A stretch of DNA of 64,000 nucleotides from Balanoglossus misakiensis (lineage: Eukaryota > Animalia > Hemichordata), in the NCBI GenBank assembly GCA_040954595.2, contig CM082593.2, forward strand, positions 10,053,200 through 10,117,199. Direction: 5' to 3'. Below are positions 52,901 through 64,000 of this stretch, one piece after another; position 1 is the stretch's first letter, and each line of letters starts with the position of its first letter. A program made the translations under genes and the position numbers. The notes under the pieces are model-generated. The model saw nothing but the letters and a program-made list of their open reading frames with translations. It was not told where the DNA came from and did no database searches.

Positions 52901-55900
52901 ACGAAATTTTGAGATTTTGCAAAGTCGAAAATTTGTCATTTTTTGATTATTTTCACCCATGATTTTTTTTTTCAAAAAATCGACACAATTTTGAGATTTT
53001 GCAAAGTCGAAAATGTGTCATTTTTTGATGATTTTCACCCATGATTTTTTTCAAAAATCGACGAAATTTGAGATTTTGCAAAGTCGAAAATTTGTCATTT
53101 TTTGATGATTTTCACCCATGATTTTTTTTCAAAAATCGTCGAAATTTTGAGATTTTGCAAAGTCGAAAATTTGTCATTTTTTGATGATTTTCACCCATGA
53201 TTTTTCTCAAAAATCGACGAAATTTTGAGATTTTGCAAAGTCGAAAATTTGTCATTTTTTGATGATTTTCACCCATGTTTTTTTCAAAATTGAACGAACC
53301 CATGATTTTTTTCAAAAATCGACGAAATTTTGAGATTTTGCAAAGTAGAAAATTTGTCATTTTTTAATGATTTTCACCCATGATTTTTTTCAAAAATCGA
53401 CGAAATTTTGAGATTTTGCAAAGTCGAAAATTTGTCATTTTTTGATTATTTTCAACCATGATTTTTTTCAAAAATCAACGAACCCATGATTTTTTTTCAA
53501 AAATCGACAAAATTTTGAGATTTTGCAAAGTCGAAAATTTGTCATTTTTTGATGATTTTCACCCATGATTTTTCTCAAAAATCGACGAAATTTTGAGATT
53601 TTGCAAAGTCGAAAATTTGTCATTTTTTGATGATTTTCACCCATGATTTTTTTTCAAAAATCGACGAAATTTTGAGATTTTGCAAAGTCGAAAATTTGTA
53701 ATTTTTTGATGATTTTCACCCATGTTTTTTTTCAAAATTGAACGAACCCATGATTTTTTTCAAAAATCGACGAAATTTTGAGATTTTGCAAAGACGAAAA
53801 TTTGTAATTTTTTGATGATTTTCACCCATGACTTTTTTTCAAAAATTTACGAAATTTTGAGATTTTGCAAAGTCGAAAATTTGTCATTTTTTGATGATTT
53901 TCACCCATGATTTTTCTCAAAAATCGACGAAATTTTGAGATTTTGGAAAGTCGAAAATTTGTCACTTTTTGATGATTTTCACCCATAATTTTTTTTCAAA
54001 AATTGACGAAATTTTGAGATTTTGCAAAGTCGAAAATTTGTCATTTATTAATGATTTTCACCCATGATTTTTTTTTCAAAAATAGACAAAATTTTGAGAT
54101 TTTGCAAAGTCGAAAATTTGTAATTTTTTGATGATTTTCACCCATGGTTTTTTCAAAATTGAACGAACCCATGATTTTTTTCAAAAATCGACGAAATTTT
54201 TAGATTTTGCAAAGTCGAAAATTTGTCATTTTTTGATGATTTCCACCCATGATTTTTTTCAAAAATCGACGAAATTTTGAGATTTTGCAAAGTCGAAAAT
54301 TTGTCATTTTTTGATGATTTTCACCCATGATTTTTTTCAAAAATCGACGAAATTTTTAGATTTTGCAAAGTCGAAAATTTGTCATTTTTTGATGATTTTC
54401 ACCCATGTTTTTTTTTTCAAAAATCGACGAAATTTTGAGATTTTGCAAAGTCGAAAATTTGTCATTTTTTGATGATTTTCACCCATGATTTTTTTCAAAA
54501 ATCGACGAAATTTTGAGATTTTGCAAAGTCGAAAATTTGTCATTTTTGATGATTTTCACCCATGATTTTTTTCAAAAATCGACGAAATTTTTAGATTTTG
54601 CAAAGTCGAAAATTTGTAATTTTTTGATGATTTTTACCCATGATTTTTTTTTCAAAAATCGACGAAATTTTGAGATTTTGCAAAGACGAAAATTTGTCAT
54701 TTTTTGATGAATTTCACCCATGACTTTTTTTCAAAAATTTACGAAATTTTGAGATTTTGCAAAGTCGAAAATTTGTCATTTTTTGATGATTTTCACCCAT
54801 GTTTTTTTTTTCAAAAATCGACGAAATTTTGAGATTTTGCAAATTCGAAAATTTGTAATTTTTTGATGATTTTCACCCATGTTTTTTTTCAAAAATCAAC
54901 GAACCCATGATTTTTTTTCAAAAAAGGACAAAATTTTGAGATTTTGCAAAGTCGAAAATTTGTCATTTTTTGATGATTTTCACCCATGATTTTTTTTCAA
55001 AAATCTGCGAAATTTTGAGATTTTGCAAAGTCGAAAATTTGTCATTTTTTGATGATTTTCACCCATGATTTTTTTTCAAAAAATCGACGAAATTTTGAGA
55101 TTTTGCAAAGTCGAAAATTTGTCATTTTTTGATTATTTTCAACCATGATTTTTTTCAAAAATCAACGAACCCATGATTTTTTTTCAAAAATCGACAAAAT
55201 TTTGAGATTTTGCAAAGTCGAAAATTTGTCATTTTTTGATGATTTTCACCCATGATTTTTTTTCAAAAATCGACGAAATTTTGAGATTTTGCAAAGTCGA
55301 AAATTTGTAATTTTTTGATGATTTTCACCCATGTTTTTTTTCAAAATTGAACGAACCCATGATTTTTTTCAAAAATCGACGAAATTTTGAGATTTTGCAA
55401 AGACGAAAATTTGTAATTTTTTGATGATTTTCACCCATGACTTTTTTTCAAAAATTTACGAAATTTTGAGATTTTGCAAAGTCGAAAATTTGTCATTTTT
55501 TGATGATTTTCACCCATGATTTTTCTCAAAAATCGACGAAATTTTGAGATTTTGGAAAGTCGAAAATTTGTCATTTTTTGATGATTTTCACCCATGATTT
55601 TTTTTCAAAAATTGACGAAATTTTGAGATTTTGCAAAGTCGAAAATTTGTCATTTATTAATGATTTTCACCGATGATTTTTTTTTCAAAAATAGACAAAA
55701 TTTTGAGATTTTGCAAAGTCGAAAATTTGTAATTTTTTGATGATTTTCACCCATGTTTTTTTCAAAATTGAACGAACCCATGATTTTTTTCAAAAATCGA
55801 CGAAATTTTTAGATTTTGCAAAGTCGAAAATTTGTCATTTTTTGATGATTTTCACCCATGATTTTTCTCAAAAATCGACGAAATTTTGAGATTTTGCAAA

Positions 55901-58900
55901 GTCGAAAATTTTTCATTTTTTGATGATTTTCACCCATGATTCTTTTCAAAAATCTACGAAATTTTGAGATTTTGCAAAGTCGAAAATTTGTCATTTTTTG
56001 ATGATTTTCACCCATGATTTTTTTTCAAAAATCTGCGAAATTTTGAGATTTTGCAAAGTCGAAAATTTGTCATTTTTTGATGATTTTCACCCATGATTTT
56101 TTTTCAAAAAATCGACGAAATTTTGAGATTTTGCAAAGTCGAAAATTTGTCATTTTTTGATTATTTTCACCCATGATTTTTTTTTTCAAAAAATCGACAC
56201 AATTTTGAGATTTTGCAAAGTCGAAAATGTGTCATTTTTTGATGATTTTCACCCATGATTTTTTTCAAAAATCGACGAAATTTGAGATTTTGCAAAGTCG
56301 AAAATTTGTCATTTTTTGATGATTTTCACCCATGATTTTTTTTCAAAAATCGTCGAAATTTTGAGATTTTGCAAAGTCGAAAATTTGTCATTTTTTGATG
56401 ATTTTCACCCATGATTTTTCTCAAAAATCGACGAAATTTTGAGATTTTGCAAAGTCGAAAATTTGTCATTTTTTGATGATTTCCACCCATGATTTTTTTC
56501 AAAAATCGACGAAATTTTGAGATTTTGCAAAGTCGAAAATTTGTCATTTTTGATGATTTTCACCCATGATTTTTTTCAAAAATCGACGAAATTTTTAGAT
56601 TTTGCAAAGTCGAAAATTTGTAATTTTTTGATGATTTTTACCCATGATTTTTTTTTCAAAAATCGACGAAATTTTGAGATTTTGCAAAGACGAAAATTTG
56701 TCATTTTTTGATGAATTTCACCCATGACTTTTTTTCAAAAATTTACGAAATTTTGAGATTTTGCAAAGTCGAAAATTTGTCATTTTTTGATGATTTTCAC
56801 CCATGTTTTTTTTTTCAAAAATCGACGAAATTTTGAGATTTTGCAAATTCGAAAATTTGTAATTTTTTGATGATTTTCACCCATGTTTTTTTTCAAAAAT
56901 CAACGAACCCATGATTTTTTTTCAAAAAAGGACAAAATTTTGAGATTTTGCAAAGTCGAAAATTTGTCATTTTTTGATGATTTTCACCCATGATTTTTTT
57001 TCAAAAATCTGCGAAATTTTGAGATTTTGCAAAGTCGAAAATTTGTCATTTTTTGATGATTTTCACCCATGATTTTTTTTCAAAAATCGACGAAATTTTG
57101 AGATTTTGCAAAGTCGAAAATTTGTAATTTTTTGATGATTTTCACCCATGTTTTTTTTCAAAATTGAACGAACCCATGATTTTTTTCAAAAATCGACGAA
57201 ATTTTGAGATTTTGCAAAGACGAAAATTTGTAATTTTTTGATGATTTTCACCCATGACTTTTTTTCAAAAATTTACGAAATTTTGAGATTTTGCAAAGTC
57301 GAAAATTTGTCATTTTTTGATGATTTTCACCCATGATTTTTCTCAAAAATCGACGAAATTTTGAGATTTTGGAAAGTCGAAAATTTGTCATTTTTTGATG
57401 ATTTTCACCCATGATTTTTTTCAAAAATTGACGAAATTTTGAGATTTTGCAAAGTCGAAAATTTGTCATTTATTAATGATTTTCACCGATGATTTTTTTT
57501 TCAAAAATAGACAAAATTTTGAGATTTTGCAAAGTCGAAAATTTGTAATTTTTTGATGATTTTCACCCATGTTTTTTTCAAAATTGAACGAACCCATGAT
57601 TTTTTTCAAAAATCGACGAAATTTTTAGATTTTGCAAAGTCGAAAATTTGTCATTTTTTGATGATTTTCACCCATGATTTTTCTCAAAAATCGACGAAAT
57701 TTTGAGATTTTGCAAAGTCGAAAATTTTTCATTTTTTGATGATTTTCACCCATGATTCTTTTCAAAAATCTACGAAATTTTGAGATTTTGCAAAGTCGAA
57801 AATTTGTCATTTTTTGATGATTTTCACCCATGATTTTTTTTCAAAAATCTGCGAAATTTTGAGATTTTGCAAAGTCGAAAATTTGTCATATTTTGATGAT
57901 TTTCACCCATGATTTTTTTTCAAAAAATCGACGAAATTTTGAGATTTTGCAAAGTCGAAAATTTGTCATTTTTTGATTATTTTCACCCATGATTTTTTTT
58001 TTCAAAAAATCGACACAATTTTGAGATTTTGCAAAGTCGAAAATGTGTCATTTTTTGATGATTTTCACCCATGATTTTTTTCAAAAATCGACGAAATTTG
58101 AGATTTTGCAAAGTCGAAAATTTGTCATTTTTTGATGATTTTCACCCATGATTTTTTTTCAAAAATCGTCGAAATTTTGAGATTTTGCAAAGTCGAAAAT
58201 TTGTCATTTTTTGATGATTTTCACCCATGATTTTTCTCAAAAATCGACGAAATTTTGAGATTTTGCAAAGTCGAAAATTTGTCATTTTTTGATGATTTCC
58301 ACCCATGATTTTTTTCAAAAATCGACGAAATTTTGAGATTTTGCAAAGTCGAAAATTTGTCATTTTTTGATGATTTTCACCCATGTTTTTTTTTTCAAAA
58401 ATCGACGAAATTTTGAGATTTTGCAAATTCGAAAATTTGTAATTTTTTGATGATTTTCACCCATGTTTTTTTTCAAAAATCAACGAACCCATGATTTTTT
58501 TTCAAAAAAGGACAAAATTTTGAGATTTTGCAAAGTCGAAAATTTGTCATTTTTTGATGATTTTCACCCATGATTTTTTTTCAAAAATCTGCGAAATTTT
58601 GAGATTTTGCAAAGTCGAAAATTTGTCATTTTTTGATGATTTTCACCCATGATTTTTTTTCAAAAAATCGACGAAATTTTGAGATTTTGCAAAGTCGAAA
58701 ATTTGTCATTTTTTGATTATTTTCAACCATGATTTTTTTCAAAAATCAACGAACCCATGATTTTTTTTCAAAAATCGACAAAATTTTGAGATTTTGCAAA
58801 GTCGAAAATTTGTCATTTTTTGATGATTTTCACCCATGATTTTTTTTCAAAAATCGACGAAATTTTGAGATTTTGCAAAGTCGAAAATTTGTAATTTTTT

Positions 58901-61900
58901 GATGATTTTCACCCATGTTTTTTTTCAAAATTGAACGAACCCATGATTTTTTTCAAAAATCGACGAAATTTTGAGATTTTGCAAAGACGAAAATTTGTAA
59001 TTTTTTGATGATTTTCACCCATGACTTTTTTTCAAAAATTTACGAAATTTTGAGATTTTGCAAAGTCGAAAATTTGTTATTTTTTATGATTTTCACCCAT
59101 GATTTTTCTCAAAAATCGACGAAATTTTGAGATTTTGGAAAGTCGAAAATTTGTCAGTTTTGATGATTTTCACCCATGATTTTTTTTCAAAAATTGACGA
59201 AATTTTGAGATTTTGCAAAGTCGAAAATTTGTCATTTATTAATGATTTTCACCGATGATTTTTTTTTCAAAAATAGACAAAATTTTGAGATTTTGCAAAG
59301 TCGAAAATTTGTAATTTTTTGATGATTTTCACCCATGTTTTTTTCAAAATTGAACGAACCCATGATTTTTTTCAAAAATCGACGAAATTTTTAGATTTTG
59401 CAAAGTCGAAAATTTGTCATTTTTTGATGATTTTCACCCATGATTTTTCTCAAAAATCGACGAAATTTTGAGATTTTGCAAAGTCGAAAATTTTTCATTT
59501 TTTGATGATTTTCACCCATGATTCTTTTCAAAAATCTACGAAATTTTGAGATTTTGCAAAGTCGAAAATTTGTCATTTTTTGATGATTTTCACCCATGAT
59601 TTTTTTTCAAAAATCTGCGAAATTTTGAGATTTTGCAAAGTCGAAAATTTGTCATTTTTTGATGATTTTCACCCATGATTTTTTTTCAAAAAATCGACGA
59701 AATTTTGAGATTTTGCAAAGTCGAAAATTTGTCATTTTTTGATTATTTTCACCCATGATTTTTTTTTTCAAAAAATCGACACAATTTTGAGATTTTGCAA
59801 AGTCGAAAATGTGTCATTTTTTGATGATTTTCACCCATGATTTTTTTCAAAAATCGACGAAATTTGAGATTTTGCAAAGTCGAAAATTTGTCATTTTTTG
59901 ATGATTTTCACCCATGATTTTTTTTCAAAAATCGTCGAAATTTTGAGATTTTGCAAAGTCGAAAATTTGTCATTTTTTGATGATTTTCACCCATGATTTT
60001 TCTCAAAAATCGACGAAATTTTGAGATTTTGCAATGTCGAAAATTTGTCATTTTTTGATGATTTTCACCCATGTTTTTTTCAAAATTGAACGAACCCATG
60101 ATTTTTTTCAAAAATCGACGAAATTTTGAGATTTTGCAAAGTAGAAAATTTGTCATTTTTTAATGATTTTCACCCATGATTTTTTTCAAAAATCGACGAA
60201 ATTTTGAGATTTTGCAAAGTCGAAAATTTGTCATTTTTTGATTATTTTCAACCATGATTTTTTTCAAAAATCAACGAACCCATGATTTTTTTTCAAAAAT
60301 CGACAAAATTTTGAGATTTTGCAAAGTCGAAAATTTGTCATTTTTTGATGATTTTCACCCATGATTTTTCTCAAAAATCGACGAAATTTTGAGATTTTGC
60401 AAAGTCGAAAATTTGTCATTTTTTGATGATTTTCACCCATGATTTTTTTTCAAAAATCGACGAAATTTTGAGATTTTGCAAAGTCGAAAATTTGTAATTT
60501 TTTGATGATTTTCACCCATGTTTTTTTTCAAAATTGAACGAACCCATGATTTTTTTCAAAAATCGACGAAATTTTGAGATTTTGCAAAGACGAAAATTTG
60601 TAATTTTTTGATGATTTTCACCCATGACTTTTTTTCAAAAATTTACGAAATTTTGAGATTTTGCAAAGTCGAAAATTTGTCATTTTTTGATGATTTTCAC
60701 CCATGATTTTTCTCAAAAATCGACGAAATTTTGAGATTTTGGAAAGTCGAAAATTTGTCACTTTTTGATGATTTTCACCCATAATTTTTTTTCAAAAATT
60801 GACGAAATTTTGAGATTTTGCAAAGTCGAAAATTTGTCATTTATTAATGATTTTCACCCATGATTTTTTTTTCAAAAATAGACAAAATTTTGAGATTTTG
60901 CAAAGTCGAAAATTTGTAATTTTTTGATGATTTTCACCCATGGTTTTTTCAAAATTGAACGAACCCATGATTTTTTTCAAAAATCGACGAAATTTTTAGA
61001 TTTTGCAAAGTCGAAAATTTGTCATTTTTTGATGATTTCCACCCATGATTTTTTTCAAAAATCGACGAAATTTTGAGATTTTGCAAAGTCGAAAATTTGT
61101 CATTTTTTGATGATTTTCACCCATGATTTTTTTCAAAAATCGACGAAATTTTTAGATTTTGCAAAGTCGAAAATTTGTCATTTTTTGATGATTTTCACCC
61201 ATGTTTTTTTTTTCAAAAATCGACGAAATTTTGAGATTTTGCAAATTCGAAAATTTGTAATTTTTTGATGATTTTCACCCATGTTTTTTTTTCAAAAATC
61301 AACGAACCCATGATTTTTTTTCAAAAAAGGACAAAATTTTGAGATTTTGCAAAGTCGAAAATTTGTCATTTTTTGATGATTTTCACCCATGATTTTTCTC
61401 CAAAAATCGATTTGCAAAGTCGAAAATTTGTCATTTTTTGATGATTTTCACCCATGATTTTTTTTCAAAAATCGACGAAATTTTGAGATTTTGCAAAGTC
61501 GAAAATTTGTCATTTATTAATTATTTTCACCCATGATTATTTATCAAAAATCGACAAAATTTTGAGATTTTGCAAAGTCGAAAATTTGTAATTTTTTGAT
61601 GATTTTCACCCATGTTTTTTTTCAAAATTGAACGAACCCATGATTTTTTTTCAAAAATCGACGAAATTTTGAGATTTTGCAAAGACGAAACTTTGTAATT
61701 TTTTGATGATTTTCACCCATGACTTTTTTTCAAAAATTTACGAAATTTTGAGATTTTGCAAAGTCGAAAATTTGTCATTTTTTGATAATTTTCACCAATG
61801 ATTTTTTTTCAAAAATCGACGAAATTTTGAGATTTTGCAAAGTCGAAAATTTGTCATTTTTTGATGATTTTCACCCATGATTTTTCTCAAAAATCGACGA

Positions 61901-64000
61901 AATTTTGAGATTTTGCAAAGTCGAAAATTTGTCATTTTTTGATGATTTTCACCCATGTTTTTTTCAAAATTGAACGAACCCATGATTTTTCTCAAAAATC
62001 GACGAAATTTTGAGATTTTGCAAAGTAGAAAATTTGTCATTTTTTAATGATTTTCAACCATGATTTTTTTCAAAAATCGACGAAATTTGGAGATTTTGCA
62101 AAGTCGAAAATTTGTCATTTTTTGATTATTTTCAACCATGATTTTTTTCAAAAATCAACGAACCCATGATTTTTTTTCAAAAATCGACAAAATTTTGAGA
62201 TTTTGCAAAGTCGAAAATTTGTCATTTTTTGATGATTTTCACCCATGACTTTTTTTCAAAAATTTACGAAATTTTGAGATTTTGCAAAGTCGAAAATTTG
62301 TCATTTTTTGATGATTTTCACCCATGATTTTTCTCAAAAATCGACGAAATTTTGAGATTTTGGAAAGTCGAAAATTTGTCACTTTTTGATGATTTTCACC
62401 CATAATTTTTTTTCAAAAATTGACGAAATTTTGAGATTTTGCAAAGTCGAAAATTTGTCATTTATTAATGATTTTCACCCATGATTTTTTTTTCAAAAAT
62501 AGACAAAATTTTGAGATTTTGCAAAGTCGAAAATTTGTAATTTTTTGATGATTTTCACCCATGGTTTTTTCAAAATTGAACGAACCCATGATTTTTTTCA
62601 AAAATCGACGAAATTTTTAGATTTTGCAAAGTCGAAAATTTGTCATTTTTTGATGATTTCCACCCATGATTTTTTTCAAAAATCGACGAAATTTTGAGAT
62701 TTTGCAAAGTCGAAAATTTGTCATTTTTTGATGATTTTCACCCATGATTTTTTTCAAAAATCGACGAAATTTTTAGATTTTGCAAAGTCGAAAATTTGTA
62801 ATTTTTTGATGATTTTTACCCATGATTTTTTTTTTCAAAAATCGACGAAATTTTGAGATTTTGCAAAGACGAAAATTTGTAATTTTTTGATGATTTTCAC
62901 CCATGACTTTTTTTCAAAAATTTACGAAATTTTGAGATTTTGCAAAGTCGAAAATTTGTCATTTTTTGATGATTTTCACCCATGTTTTTTTTTTCAAAAA
63001 TCGACGAAATTTTGAGATTTTGCAAATTCGAAAATTTGTAATTTTTTGATGATTTTCACCCATGTTTTTTTTCAAAAATCAACGAACCCATGATTTTTTT
63101 TCAAAAAAGGACAAAATTTTTAGATTTTGCAAAGTCGAAAATTTGTCATTTTTTGATGATTTTCACCCATGATTTTTCTCAAAAATCGACGAAATTTTGA
63201 GATTTTGCAAAGTCGAAAATTTGTCATTTTTTGATGATTTTCACCCATGATTTTTTTTCAAAAATCGACGAAATTTTGAGATTTTGCAGTAAAAAAATTG
63301 TCATTATTTGATGATTTTCGACCATGATTTTTTTCAAAATTGACGAAATTTTGAGATTTTGCAGTCGAAAATTTGTCATTTTTTGATCATTTTCCCCCAT
63401 GATTTTTTTCAAAAATCGACGAAATTTTCAGATTTTGCAAAGTCGAAAATTTGTCATTTTTTCATGATTTTCACCCATGATTTTTTCAAAAATCGACGAA
63501 ATTTTGAGATTTTGCAAAGTCGAAAATTTGTCATTTTTTGATGATTTTCACCCATGTCTTTTTTCAAAAATCGACGAAATTTTGAGATTTTGCAGTCAAA
63601 AAATTTTCATTTTTTGATGATTTTCAACAATTTTTTTAAAAAATCGACGAAAATTTGAGATTTTGCAGTAAAAAATTTGTCATTTTTTGATGATTTTCAC
63701 CCATGATTTTTTCAAAATTGGCAAAATTTTGAGATTTTGCAAAGTCGAAAATTTGTCATTTTTTGATGATTTTCACCCATGATTTTTTTTCACAAATCGA
63801 CGAAATTTTGAGATTTTGTAGTCGTAAATTTGTCATTTTTTGATGATTTTTACCCATGATTTTTTTTCAAAAATGGACGAAATTTTGAGATTTTGCAAAG
63901 TCGAAAATTTGTTATTTTTTGATGATTTTCACCCATGTCTTTTTTTAAAAATCGACGAAATTTTGAGATTTTGCAAAGAGGAAAATTTGTCATTTTTTCA
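22921..64000 (+). repeat. Satellite block 3: >41-kb homogeneous 78-bp array with kb-scale higher-order duplications, runs off the window
   Basis: The 26-aa period in the spurious ORFs (MGENHQKMTNFRLCKISKFRRFLKKI) equals 78 bp. The consensus monomer is ~27% GC. Confidence 0.98.

Noticed and set aside
23267-63541. Repeating MGENHQKMTNFRLCKISKFRRFLKKI ORFs as a repeat-protein gene
   Set aside because: 78 is a multiple of 3 and one frame lacks stops, but constant 1-bp indels show no selection to keep the frame.
22921-64000. CRISPR array or CENP-B box
   Set aside because: No unique spacers and a eukaryotic context. TTCG occurs on the minus strand but without the nnnnAnnCGGG completion of a CENP-B box.

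Overview
Eukaryotic, repeat-dominated DNA, probably from a marine invertebrate, with no recognisable host gene. About 49 kb is one AT-rich satellite family (78-bp monomer plus a ~108-bp variant). It forms three blocks: forward ~5931-11420, inverted 11421-13962, and forward ~22921 to the window end. The ~9-kb island between the last two blocks is a long diverged inverted repeat whose outer ends run into mirror-oriented satellite, a foldback-like arrangement. It carries three nested insertions: a young full-length BEL/Pao LTR retrotransposon (16152-22520, minus strand, GATAG TSD, one frameshift in gag), a Kolobok-type MITE (15597-15944, TTAA TSD) and a ~300-bp double-hairpin element (14532-14837). 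The first 5.9 kb holds a LINE RT fragment, MITE remnants and a 486-bp tandem repeat. Almost all short ORFs in the track are satellite translation artefacts.
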